From positions 928,001 to 992,000 of the forward strand of contig CAWCFX010000001.1 of assembly GCA_963795085.1 (NCBI GenBank): a DNA stretch of 64,000 bases. The letters run 5' to 3'. Below, piece after piece: positions 55,693-64,000 of the stretch (position 1 is its first letter; each line of letters begins with the position of its first letter). Position numbers and translations under genes: made by a program. The stretch comes from an uncultured Gemmatimonadales bacterium (GTDB taxonomy: Bacteria > Gemmatimonadota > Gemmatimonadetes > Gemmatimonadales > GWC2-71-9). The notes beneath the pieces are model-generated. The model worked only from the letters and a program-made list of their open reading frames with translations. It was not told where the DNA came from and did not search any database.

Positions 55693-56495
55693 TGCCGGAC
55701 TACTTCGCCCAGGCCTTCTCCCCCGAGCGCTGGCCCATCTTCGTGCTGATCAGCGCGCGGGTCGGCGGTCTCATGCTGAGCGCGCCGCTCTGGTCCATGA
55801 GCGCGCTGCCCGGGCGGGCCCGGTCGGCGCTGACCGTGCTGCTGACTCTCCTGCTGCTGCCGCTGGCCCCCCAGGTGGCGATCCCCGAGCAGATCCTGGA
55901 TATCCCGCTGCCCATGGTGATGGAACTGCTGGTCGGACTCGCCATCGGCCTGACGGCGGCGGTGCTGGTCCAGGGCGTCGCCCTGGCGGGCGAAGTCCTC
56001 TCGCTGCAGATGAGCCTGTCCCTCGGCCCGGTGCTGGCGCCGATGCCCGACGTGCAGGTCTCCGGGCTGGGCCAGCTCAAGACGTTCTTCGCGCTGCTGC
56101 TCTATGTCACGGTCGGCGGCCATACCATGCTGCTCCAGGGCCTGGCCGGGAGCCTCCGGCAGCTGCCCCCCGGCATGCCGATGAGCCTCGACGCCGGCGC
56201 CATCGGCGCCACCGCGGTCATGGGGACGGTGTTCACCGTCGCGGCCCGCGCCGCCGGCCCGATCATGGTGGCCCTGCTGATCACCAACGTGGCGCTGGCC
56301 ATTCTCAGCCGCGCGGTGCCCCAGTTGAACGCCATGATGGTCGCGTTTCCGATCACCATCTCCGTCGGCCTGGTGATGTTCGGCATCTCGCTCGACCTGC
56401 TGGGCGCGTCGATCATGGGCTGGATGGTCCGGCTTCCCGGGGACGTCCAGCATGTGCTGGACGGGTTCCAGGTCGTGGGAGGCGCCCCGCGATGA
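55692..56495 (+). CDS. fliR: Export gate protein FliR
   Basis: ARVGGLMLSAP, ELLVGL, AGEVLSLQMSL, LSRAVPQLN, FPITI. Confidence 0.92.
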   Translation: MPDYFAQAFSPERWPIFVLISARVGGLMLSAPLWSMSALPGRARSALTVLLTLLLLPLAPQVAIPEQILDIPLPMVMELLVGLAIGLTAAVLVQGVALAGEVLSLQMSLSLGPVLAPMPDVQVSGLGQLKTFFALLLYVTVGGHTMLLQGLAGSLRQLPPGMPMSLDAGAIGATAVMGTVFTVAARAAGPIMVALLITNVALAILSRAVPQLNAMMVAFPITISVGLVMFGISLDLLGASIMGWMVRLPGDVQHVLDGFQVVGGAPR

Positions 56496-57601
56496 GCCAG
56501 GAAAACCAGAGTTCCGAGGACAAGACCGAAGCCCCTACACCGCGCCGGCGGAAACAGGCGCGGGACGAAGGCAAGATCGCCCGGAGTCCCGAGCTGGCGG
56601 CCGCCGCCCTGCTGCTGACCGGCACCGGCATCCTGTCGGTGAGCGGCGGGGGCGGGCTGGGTTCCTTCGTGTCGGAGATGTTCCGGGTTTCGGCCAGCCG
56701 GCTCAGTTCGGACCCGATGACCGCCGCCGGCGCGCTGGACCTGCTGCGCCGGATGGGCGCCGGGATGCTGCTGGCCCTGTTGCCCCTGCTGGCGGGGATC
56801 GTGGTCGTCGCCACCTTCGCGGGCCTGGTGCAGACCCGGGGCGGCGTTTCGTTCCAGGTGCTGGAACCCAAGCTCTCCCGGCTCAACCCGCTCTCCGGCC
56901 TCCGGAAGATCTTCGGGCTGGATGCCGTGGTGACCCTGGTCAAGGCCGTCGCCAAGATTGCGGTCCTGGCCGCCATCACCTACGCGGTGCTCTCTCACGC
57001 CTGGCCCCAGTTCGTCCGGCTGGCCGAATCCGGCCCGGTGGCGGTGCTGGCCACCATGCGTTCCGAAGTGCTCCGGCTGACCATCGCCACCGGTATCGCC
57101 TTTCTCGCCATCGCCATGCTGGATTATGGCGTGGCGCTCTACCGGCACGAGAAGAGCCTCAAGATGACCCGGCCCGAAGTGGTCCGTGAGCACCGCGAGA
57201 ACGAAGGCGACCCGCTCATGAAGAGCCGGATCCAGGCGCTGGGCCGCTCCCGTGCCCGCCACCGGATGATGCAGCAGGTGGCGACCGCCGACGTGGTCAT
57301 CGTCAACCCGACCCACATCGCGATCGCCCTGCGCTACGACATCAGCGTGGCGGCCGCCCCGGTGGTGGTGGCCATGGGCGAGCGGAAGCTGGCCGAGCGG
57401 ATCAAGGCCCTCGCCCTCAAGAGCAAGGTGACCATCGTGGAGAACAAGCCGGTTGCCCGGGCCCTGCTGGCCACCGCCGTGGTGGGCCGGCCGATTCCCT
57501 CGGCGCTGTACACCGCGGTCGCGGAAATCCTGGCCTACGTCTATCGCCGCCGCGCCGGGCTTCCGGCTCTGCTGCCGCGCATCGCGGGTGACCTGCGATG
57601 A
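56492..57601 (+). CDS. flhB: Export switch protein FlhB
   Basis: KTEAPTPRR, KLSRLNP, ENEGDP, NPTH autocleavage motif, AVAEILAYVY. Confidence 0.96.
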   Translation: MSQENQSSEDKTEAPTPRRRKQARDEGKIARSPELAAAALLLTGTGILSVSGGGGLGSFVSEMFRVSASRLSSDPMTAAGALDLLRRMGAGMLLALLPLLAGIVVVATFAGLVQTRGGVSFQVLEPKLSRLNPLSGLRKIFGLDAVVTLVKAVAKIAVLAAITYAVLSHAWPQFVRLAESGPVAVLATMRSEVLRLTIATGIAFLAIAMLDYGVALYRHEKSLKMTRPEVVREHRENEGDPLMKSRIQALGRSRARHRMMQQVATADVVIVNPTHIAIALRYDISVAAAPVVVAMGERKLAERIKALALKSKVTIVENKPVARALLATAVVGRPIPSALYTAVAEILAYVYRRRAGLPALLPRIAGDLR

Positions 57602-59754
57602 CCGCCGTCGCCACGACCACCTCCGCCACCGCGGTGCGGGCGCCGGTGACCGGCGGGGCCACCCCGCCCGTCGGGGCCCGTTCCCGGGGCGCTCCCCCGG
57701 CCGGCGGCCCCCGGCGAGTGTCGGCCAATGCGGAAACCCTGCTGGCCATCGGTGTCGTCATCGTGGTGGCGCTGCTGGTCATGCCGCTGCCGGCGTTCAT
57801 GCTGGACGCCCTGCTGGCCCTCAGCATCGCCCTGTCGATCATCATCCTGCTGGTCTCCCTCTCCTGCCGGGACCCGCTGGAGTTCAGCATCTTCCCCAGC
57901 CTGCTGCTGCTGATCACCCTGCTTCGGCTGGGGCTCAACGTGAGCAGCACCCGGCTCATCCTCAGCACCGGCAAGGCCGGCGACGTCATCGCCGCCTTCG
58001 GCGATTTCGTGATCGGCGGCAACTACGTCGTGGGGCTGGTGATCTTTCTCATCCTGGTGGTCATCAACTTCACCGTCATCACCAAGGGCGCCGGCCGGAT
58101 CGCGGAAGTGGCCGCGCGGTTCACCCTCGATGCCATGCCGGGGCGGCAGATGAGCATCGATGCCGACCTGAGCGCCGGGCTGATCGATGAGACCGAGGCC
58201 CGCCGCCGCCGGGAAGAGATCAGCCGCTACGCCGATTTCTACGGCTCCATGGACGGCGCCGCGAAGTTCGTCCGCGGCGATGCGGTCGCCGGGCTCATCA
58301 TCACGGCCATCAACCTGGTGGGCGGATTCATCATCGGGATGACCCAGCACGGGATGAGCGCCGGCGAGAGCATCAGCACCTTCACCGCGCTCTCCGTCGG
58401 CGACGGCCTGGTCACCCAGATCCCGGCCCTGGTCGTGAGCACGGCCGCCGGCATGCTGGTGACCTACGGGACCGCCGGCGTCTCGATGGCGCCCTCGCTG
58501 GCGGCCCAGCTCAGCCGGGACCCCCGGGCCATCTGGACCGCCTCCGGCATGCTGGCCATCTTCGCGGTGGTCCCCGGCCTGCCCGCGGTTCCGTTCCTCG
58601 TGCTGGCCGGCGGCACCGCCATCATCGCCTACCGGTCCGGCCGCCGGGATGCCCGGCCCGTCGAAGTGCTGGAGCTGCCCACCCCGGAAGAAGCCAATCC
58701 CAATGCCGCGCCGGCGGTGCGTGAGATCGTCGCGGTGGACCCCCTCGAACTCGAAGTCGGCTATGCGCTGGTGCCCCTGGTGGGCGACCGCCAGAGCGGC
58801 GACCTGCTGCAGCGGATCGGGTTGTTGCGGAAACAGCTGGCGTTCGAGATGGGCCTCATCATTCCGCCGGCCCGGATCCGTGACAACATCCAGCTGCCGG
58901 CCAACGAGTACGTGATCAAGCTGCGGGGCGCCCGGGTCGCGAGCGGCGAGATTTTTCCGCGCCAGCTCCTCGCGCTCAATACCACCGGCACCGCAGCGCG
59001 GCTGGACGGCGTCCAGACCGAGGACCCCTGCTTCGGCATTCCCGCCGTGTGGATCAGCCCCGCCCAGCGGGGCGAAGCGGAGGCCGCCGGCTACAACGTG
59101 GTGGAGCCGCAGGCCGTGCTCTCCACCCACCTGATGGACACCATCCGCGAGCACGCGGCCGACCTGCTGAGCCGCCAGAACACCCGGGAACTGCTCGACG
59201 GGCTCAAGGAGACCCATCCGGCGCTGGTCGAGGACGTGGTCCCCAACAAGCTCTCCCTCGGCACGGTGCAGCGGGTGCTGCAGCGGCTGCTCCGGGAGGG
59301 CGTGCCGGTCCGCGACCTGGTCACCATTCTCGAAGCGCTCTCCGATGCCGCGGAACAGACCAAGGACCCCGAGGCGCTGACCGAGCACGTGCGCCGCGCC
59401 TTGTCCTCCGTGCTGGTGCAGATGCTGGGCGGCGGGCCGGTGCGCGCCATCACCGTGGGGCCCCGCCTGGAAGCCGCCCTGATGCAGCTCTACAGCCCCC
59501 GGGTCCGGGAAGGCCAGCGCACCCTCGACTCCGCCGAGCTGAGCGCGATGCTCGAATCCATCGGCCGCCTGGCGCTCGACGGCAAGTGCGACGGCCGGCT
59601 GCCTCCGCTCATCGCACCGCCCGCGCTCCGGGTCGGCATCCGCCGCCTGCTGGAGCCGATTCTTCCCCGCCTGCCGGTGATTTCGCTGGCGGAGCTGCCC
59701 ACTCAAACCCCGATTCAGCCGATTTCCTGCTGGGAGCTGCCCCATGCCGCTTGA
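57598..59754 (+). CDS. flhA: Export gate protein FlhA
   Basis: FPSLLL, ITKGAGRIAEVAARFTLDAMPGRQMSIDADL, FYGSMDGAAKFVRGD. Confidence 0.97.
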   Translation: MTAVATTTSATAVRAPVTGGATPPVGARSRGAPPAGGPRRVSANAETLLAIGVVIVVALLVMPLPAFMLDALLALSIALSIIILLVSLSCRDPLEFSIFPSLLLLITLLRLGLNVSSTRLILSTGKAGDVIAAFGDFVIGGNYVVGLVIFLILVVINFTVITKGAGRIAEVAARFTLDAMPGRQMSIDADLSAGLIDETEARRRREEISRYADFYGSMDGAAKFVRGDAVAGLIITAINLVGGFIIGMTQHGMSAGESISTFTALSVGDGLVTQIPALVVSTAAGMLVTYGTAGVSMAPSLAAQLSRDPRAIWTASGMLAIFAVVPGLPAVPFLVLAGGTAIIAYRSGRRDARPVEVLELPTPEEANPNAAPAVREIVAVDPLELEVGYALVPLVGDRQSGDLLQRIGLLRKQLAFEMGLIIPPARIRDNIQLPANEYVIKLRGARVASGEIFPRQLLALNTTGTAARLDGVQTEDPCFGIPAVWISPAQRGEAEAAGYNVVEPQAVLSTHLMDTIREHAADLLSRQNTRELLDGLKETHPALVEDVVPNKLSLGTVQRVLQRLLREGVPVRDLVTILEALSDAAEQTKDPEALTEHVRRALSSVLVQMLGGGPVRAITVGPRLEAALMQLYSPRVREGQRTLDSAELSAMLESIGRLALDGKCDGRLPPLIAPPALRVGIRRLLEPILPRLPVISLAELPTQTPIQPISCWELPHAA

Positions 59755-60583
59755 AACGCTTACTGGGACCGACATGCAGGGCCTCCTGGCCCTCGCACAG
59801 CAACGCCTTGGCCCCGAGGCCATGGTCCTCTCCGCGCGGAAGACCGCGCGGGGCTTTGAGCTGGTGGCCACCGACACGCCGCCCGCCGAGCCGGCGCGCC
59901 CCGCCAGCCGCCCGATGGACCCGGCGCTGACCAGCCTGCGGCCCCGGCTGGCCGCCCGGGCCGGACGGGAAGGCCGGCCACCGTTCATCCTCGCCGCGGT
60001 GGGTCCCACCGGTGCCGGCAAGACGACGACGCTGGCCAAACTGGCGACCCATCCCCAGGTCTTCGGAGGCGTGCGGACCGGGCTGCTCTGTCTCGACACC
60101 TACCGGGTGGGCGCGCTGGAACAGTCGGCCCAGTACGCCGAGATCGCCCGGCTCCCCCTGCAGGTGGTGTACGAGCCCGCCGACATCCGGCCCGCGCTGC
60201 GCCGCATGGAGGACTGCGATGTCATCCTGGTGGATACCGCGGGCCGGGGCCCCGGGCGCGGCGCCGATATCGAAACCACCCGCACCCTGCTCCGGCAGCT
60301 GCGGCCCAATGAGGTCCACCTCGTCCTTCCCGCCGGCATGCAGCGCGCCGCGGTGCAGCGGCTGATGAACGATTACAGTGTCCGCGGCATGACCCACGTG
60401 CTGGCGACCAAGCTGGACGAATACCCGGAAGAGAACGAGATCTTCAGCCTGGCCCGGGCGGCCCATCTGCCGATGCGCTGGATGACCGATGGACAGGACG
60501 TGCCGGCCGACCTGCGCTCCCCCGCCGACCGGCTCCTCAACCTGCCGCTGCCGGCCACCGCGCGCCGGGCGGGAGCGGCATGA
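59744..60583 (+). CDS. flhF: SRP-family GTPase FlhF (short B domain)
   Basis: GPTGAGKTTTLAKLA, DTYRVGALEQ, DTAG, TKLDE, GQDVPADL. Confidence 0.92.
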   Translation: MPLETLTGTDMQGLLALAQQRLGPEAMVLSARKTARGFELVATDTPPAEPARPASRPMDPALTSLRPRLAARAGREGRPPFILAAVGPTGAGKTTTLAKLATHPQVFGGVRTGLLCLDTYRVGALEQSAQYAEIARLPLQVVYEPADIRPALRRMEDCDVILVDTAGRGPGRGADIETTRTLLRQLRPNEVHLVLPAGMQRAAVQRLMNDYSVRGMTHVLATKLDEYPEENEIFSLARAAHLPMRWMTDGQDVPADLRSPADRLLNLPLPATARRAGAA

Positions 60584-61392
60584 ACGACCAGGCTGCGACG
60601 CTCCGCGCCATGATGATGGCGGCGCCCCGTCCCCAGGCCCCCGGGGATACGCCCGGCTGCCCGGTGCTGGTCGTGGCCAGCGGCAAAGGCGGCGCCGGCA
60701 AATCGGTGGTTGCCATCCTGCTGGCCTGCGCGCTGGCGCGCAGTGGCAAGCGGGTGCTGCTCCTCGACGGGGCTCAGAACCAGGGCAATCTCCACATCCT
60801 CACCGGGGTTCGCCCCCGCGGCCAGCTGGCGGCGCTGGTCCGCGGCGACAGCGGTGCCCGCGACCTGGTGACGCCGGTGATGGACAACCTCTGGCTGCTG
60901 CCGGGCGATTCCGGCGCCGAGGAGATGCACAGCCTCACCGCGACCGACCGGGCCCGGCTGCATCACCGGCTGGCCCAGCTCTACGACGAGTATGACGCGG
61001 TGGTCGTGGACGCGGGGCCGGGCATCGAGAGCGGGGTCCGGGCCGCGGCGATCCGGGCGACCCACCTCGTCGTGGTGGCGACGCCGGAGCCGGCGGCACT
61101 GAGCGACGCCTATGCCCTGATCAAGTTGGTGAACCTGCAGGTGCCGGGGCTCGATATCGGCGTCCTGGCCAACCGGACCAGCGGGCCGGCCGATGCGCAA
61201 CACGTCTTCGACGGCCTCCGGGTCGCGGCCAGCCGGTTCCTGCGCCGCGATCTCCGGTCGCTGGGCGCACTGGCCGAGGACCCGGCCGTGCGCAACGGCG
61301 TACTGCGCCCGCCCGCGCTGCTTCAGTACCAGGCCGCCGAGGTGGACGGCATCGCCCAGCGGCTGTTCGCCCTGGAGCCCGCCAATGGCTGA
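60580..61392 (+). CDS. flhG: MinD-like ATPase FlhG/FleN
   Basis: MNDQAATLR, ASGKGGAGKS, DAGPGI, TPEPAALSDAYALIK. Confidence 0.9.
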   Translation: MNDQAATLRAMMMAAPRPQAPGDTPGCPVLVVASGKGGAGKSVVAILLACALARSGKRVLLLDGAQNQGNLHILTGVRPRGQLAALVRGDSGARDLVTPVMDNLWLLPGDSGAEEMHSLTATDRARLHHRLAQLYDEYDAVVVDAGPGIESGVRAAAIRATHLVVVATPEPAALSDAYALIKLVNLQVPGLDIGVLANRTSGPADAQHVFDGLRVAASRFLRRDLRSLGALAEDPAVRNGVLRPPALLQYQAAEVDGIAQRLFALEPANG

Positions 61393-62179
61393 CACCCAGA
61401 CCGTGGCAGCCACCACCGCCTCGGCTCACCGGGGCAGCGCCGGCCTCTGGGCCCGCTATCGCAGCACCGGTGATCCCGATGCGCGGCGGCAGCTGCTGGA
61501 AAACAATCTCGGGCTGGTGCACTACTGCACCAACGAGATGGCCATGCGGCTCCGCGACCGCGCCGCCTTCGACGAGCTGCTCGGCGCCGCCACGCTGGGG
61601 CTGGTGAGCGCGGTGGAAGGGTTCGATCCCGAGCGCGGGCTCGCGTTCAGCAGCTACGCGACCCCCCGAATCCGCGGCGCCATCCTGGACGAATTGCGGC
61701 GGCAGGAATGGCGGCCCCGGCGGACCCGCGCCCGGCAGACCGAGCTGGCCCGCACCCGGGAGAGCCTGTCCCAGCAGCTGGGCCGGGCCCCGCGCCCCGT
61801 CGAGGTCGCGGAAGCAATGGGGATTGATCTCCCCACGTTCTACAGCTGGAGTGACCGCACCGCGATGCAGCAGGTGCCGCTCGATGCGCCGGCGGACCGG
61901 GATGGCGCCCGGCATTCGCTCGAGGAAACCCTCGGCGATCCCGAGCCGACCGACCTGTTCGAACATCTCGACAGCGCCGACCGGCTCCTGATGCTGCGGG
62001 AAGCGCTGGCCTCGCTGCCCGAGCGGGAGCGGCTGGTGCTGTCGCTGTCTTATTACGAAAACGTCAACCTCAAGCAGATCGGCGAACTCCTGCACATCAC
62101 GGAGTCGCGGGTCTCCCAGATCCGGACCCGGGCGCTCAAGCGCCTGCGGGAGCGGATCGGAGCACGGGAGGATCTATGA
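61385..62179 (+). CDS. fliA: RNA polymerase sigma factor FliA/WhiG (sigma28)
   Basis: FDPERG, RIRGAILDELR, LPERERLVLSLSYYE, ITESRVSQI. Confidence 0.95.
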   Translation: MADTQTVAATTASAHRGSAGLWARYRSTGDPDARRQLLENNLGLVHYCTNEMAMRLRDRAAFDELLGAATLGLVSAVEGFDPERGLAFSSYATPRIRGAILDELRRQEWRPRRTRARQTELARTRESLSQQLGRAPRPVEVAEAMGIDLPTFYSWSDRTAMQQVPLDAPADRDGARHSLEETLGDPEPTDLFEHLDSADRLLMLREALASLPERERLVLSLSYYENVNLKQIGELLHITESRVSQIRTRALKRLRERIGAREDL

Positions 62180-62604
62180 AGCGCTCGACCTGGTGGATGG
62201 TGGTGGCGGCCCTCGCGGTCCTGGTGGCGTCCAGCGTGGTGCCGGCGGTATGGCCCGCGTTCAGGGACTCGGCGGATTTTCTGCTGGGCGCCGCGGCCAA
62301 CCGGCCTGTCGAACTGACCGACCAGGACCTGGCGGCGCTGGTGGCGGCGCACCTGGCCATGCTGCTCCTGACCGGGCGTCAGCGAGTCAGGCGGGAACCC
62401 CGGAGCCAGCCGGCTCCGGGCCCCGACGTGGCCCGCGAAGCCCGGCGGCAGCGGACGTCCCGCGATGCCCTGCGGCTCATGCAGGTGTCGGGCGGACGGG
62501 CGCCGAGACGGAATCTTTTTCCGGTGCGGCAAACTTCGCCGTCCCGGCCGGCGGCGTCGGATGCGTGGCGCATGCAGTCAAGTGCCGGTCCTGCAGCCAG
62601 TTAA
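62176..62604 (+). CDS. Hypothetical membrane protein after fliA
   Basis: GGAGG SD, ATGA overlap with fliA, two hydrophobic stretches; 3' end overlaps the flgF enhancer. Confidence 0.55.
   Translation: MKRSTWWMVVAALAVLVASSVVPAVWPAFRDSADFLLGAAANRPVELTDQDLAALVAAHLAMLLLTGRQRVRREPRSQPAPGPDVAREARRQRTSRDALRLMQVSGGRAPRRNLFPVRQTSPSRPAASDAWRMQSSAGPAAS
62509..62541. promoter_or_regulatory. Paired 15-bp putative bEBP enhancer sites
   Basis: CGGAATCTTTTTCCG (62509) and CGGCAAACTTCGCCG (62527), 18 bp apart. Confidence 0.65.
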
Positions 62605-62629
62605 GGTGACGGTCCCGGGGAAGGCGTTC

Positions 62630-62644
62630 AGGCACAGCGATTGC
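62630..62644 (+). promoter_or_regulatory. sigma54 promoter of flgFG
   Basis: AGGCAC-AGCGA-TTGC. Confidence 0.82.
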
Positions 62645-62697
62645 CCTTGGGGGTTGATGGACCCCCTGGATGGATTCACGCAGGAGACTCGACCGAT

Positions 62698-63390
62698 ATG
62701 ACCGGCATTCCTGGCATCGTCAATACGGCGCGCTCGCTGGCCTACCTGGACCGGCTGCAATCGCTGACCGCGAACAACCTGGCCAATACCAACTCCGACG
62801 GTTTCAAGGGCGACCGGCTGACGGCGCACCTGCTGCCCGGCCTCCAGTTCCCGGTGCCGGTGCAGAAACTGGATCTCCAGCAGGGCACCTTCCGCGATAC
62901 GGCACGCCCGCTCGATGTCGGGCTGGACGGGGCCGGATTCCTGGTGGTGGACACCGCGCAGGGCGAGCGGCTGATCCGGGGCGGGTCGCTGCAGCTGGAC
63001 GTAGCCGGCCGGCTGACTGACCTGCACGGCGATCCGGTCCTCGGCGAGAAGGGGCCGATCATCGTGACCGGCTCGTCGCTGGAGGTGGAAGCCGATGGTA
63101 CCATCACCGCCGACGGTGCCACGCTGGGCCGGCTGCGGGTGGTGAACGTGGAAAACCCGTCATCGCTCAAGAAGGAGGGCCTGGGGCGGTTCATCGCCGA
63201 CGGCGAGCTGCTGGACGCCCCGATGACGACCCGGGTCCGCCAGGGCGCGGTGGAAGAAGCCAACGTGGATCCGCTCTCGTCCATGGTGGACCTCATCACC
63301 ATCCAGCGGGCCTACGCCGCCAATCTCGATGCCCTGAAAGCCATGGACAGCGTGCTCGGCTCGGTCACGACCGAAGTCGGCAAAGTCTGA
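62698..63390 (+). CDS. flgF: Rod protein FlgF
   Basis: TANNLANTNSDGFK, TARPLDVGLDGAGF, EEANVD, IQRAY; precedes flgG. Confidence 0.88.
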   Translation: MTGIPGIVNTARSLAYLDRLQSLTANNLANTNSDGFKGDRLTAHLLPGLQFPVPVQKLDLQQGTFRDTARPLDVGLDGAGFLVVDTAQGERLIRGGSLQLDVAGRLTDLHGDPVLGEKGPIIVTGSSLEVEADGTITADGATLGRLRVVNVENPSSLKKEGLGRFIADGELLDAPMTTRVRQGAVEEANVDPLSSMVDLITIQRAYAANLDALKAMDSVLGSVTTEVGKV

Positions 63391-63423
63391 CCCCCGACCT
63401 GACCACTCTTTAGAGGACCGGAT

Positions 63424-64000
63424 ATGACTCCCAGTCTCCGCACGTCAGCCAGCGGCATGATCGCGCAGCAGCGCATGATCGACGTGATCGCCAACAACCT
63501 GGCCAACGTCAATACCACCGGCTTCAAGCGCAGCCGGGTCAGCTTCGAGGACGTGCTCTACCAGACGGTGCAGAACGGCCAGCTGGTGAACTACCAGGGC
63601 ACCACCGCGCTGGCGCCGGTGCAGATCGGCAAGGGCGTCCGGCTCGCCGCCGTGCTCCGGCTGCACAGCCAGGGCTCCCCGGAAATGACCCAGCGGCCGC
63701 TCGATATCAGCATTGAAGGCGACGGGTTCTTCCAGGTCCAGCGCCCCGACGGCACCATGGCCTACACCCGGGACGGCAGCCTCACGCTCTCCGAGAGCGG
63801 GCAGCTGGTCACCAACGGCGGATACCTGGTGATGCCGGGCGTCATGGTTCCCGCGGACGCCACCAGTTTCTCGATCGCGCCCAACGGCACGGTCAGCATC
63901 ACCTCGACCGGCAGCACCAGCCCCGTCGAGATCGGGCGGATCGAGCTGGCCCGGTTCCTCAATCCCAGCGGCCTGCTGGCCATCGGCGAGAACCAGTTCA
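63424..64000 (+). CDS. flgG: Distal rod protein FlgG (partial, runs off the right edge; absent from the ORF track)
   Basis: MTPSLRTSASGMIAQQRMIDVIANNLANVNTTGFKRSRVSFEDVLYQ...IEGDGFFQV...AYTRDG...FLNPSGLLAIGENQF. Confidence 0.95.
   Translation, partial: MTPSLRTSASGMIAQQRMIDVIANNLANVNTTGFKRSRVSFEDVLYQTVQNGQLVNYQGTTALAPVQIGKGVRLAAVLRLHSQGSPEMTQRPLDISIEGDGFFQVQRPDGTMAYTRDGSLTLSESGQLVTNGGYLVMPGVMVPADATSFSIAPNGTVSITSTGSTSPVEIGRIELARFLNPSGLLAIGENQF

Noticed and set aside
42369..59754. Non-flagellar injectisome (T3SS)
   Set aside because: Rod, hook, hook cap, FlgL, flagellin, FliG/M/N and FlhF/G identify a flagellum.
62645..62697. GGA-rich flgF leader as a CsrA target
   Set aside because: GGA is common at this GC content, one copy is the SD, and no csrA is visible in the window.

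Overview
High-GC bacterial chromosome segment, most likely Gemmatimonadota (inferred from the style of the SecA, kinase, ribosomal and flagellar proteins; not checked by search). 1-33.9 kb is mostly housekeeping: tRNA-Leu(CAG), smpB, cell-wall amidase, pyrDF, a stand-alone alpha ribosomal operon, rpmB, a nucleotide-sugar cluster (gmd, rmd-like, wbpDEBA-like, ugd, uxs, epimerase) interleaved with carB and murB, TPR lipoproteins, bamD, nadD, secA, radC and relA/spoT. A small variable patch at 29.1-30.9 kb holds a kinase remnant, a Vgb-like propeller and a 49-aa lipoprotein missing from the ORF track. 33.9-64 kb is a flagellar supercluster that runs off the right edge in flgG. The best candidate for an undescribed system is a hybrid flagellar regulatory circuit readable from the DNA. 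Four sigma54 promoters are each preceded by a tandem pair of a 15-bp pseudo-palindrome (CGG[A/C]A-N5-T[T/G]CCG). There is also a FliA/FlgM sigma28 tier, plus an Alphaproteobacteria-style module (minimal flagellin with a structured 5' UTR, flbT, flaF). Also notable: a FliO-FliP fusion with an internal signal peptide, a sigma54-controlled GGDEF/kinase/HDOD operon, and intergenic hairpins built from heptamer tandem repeats.
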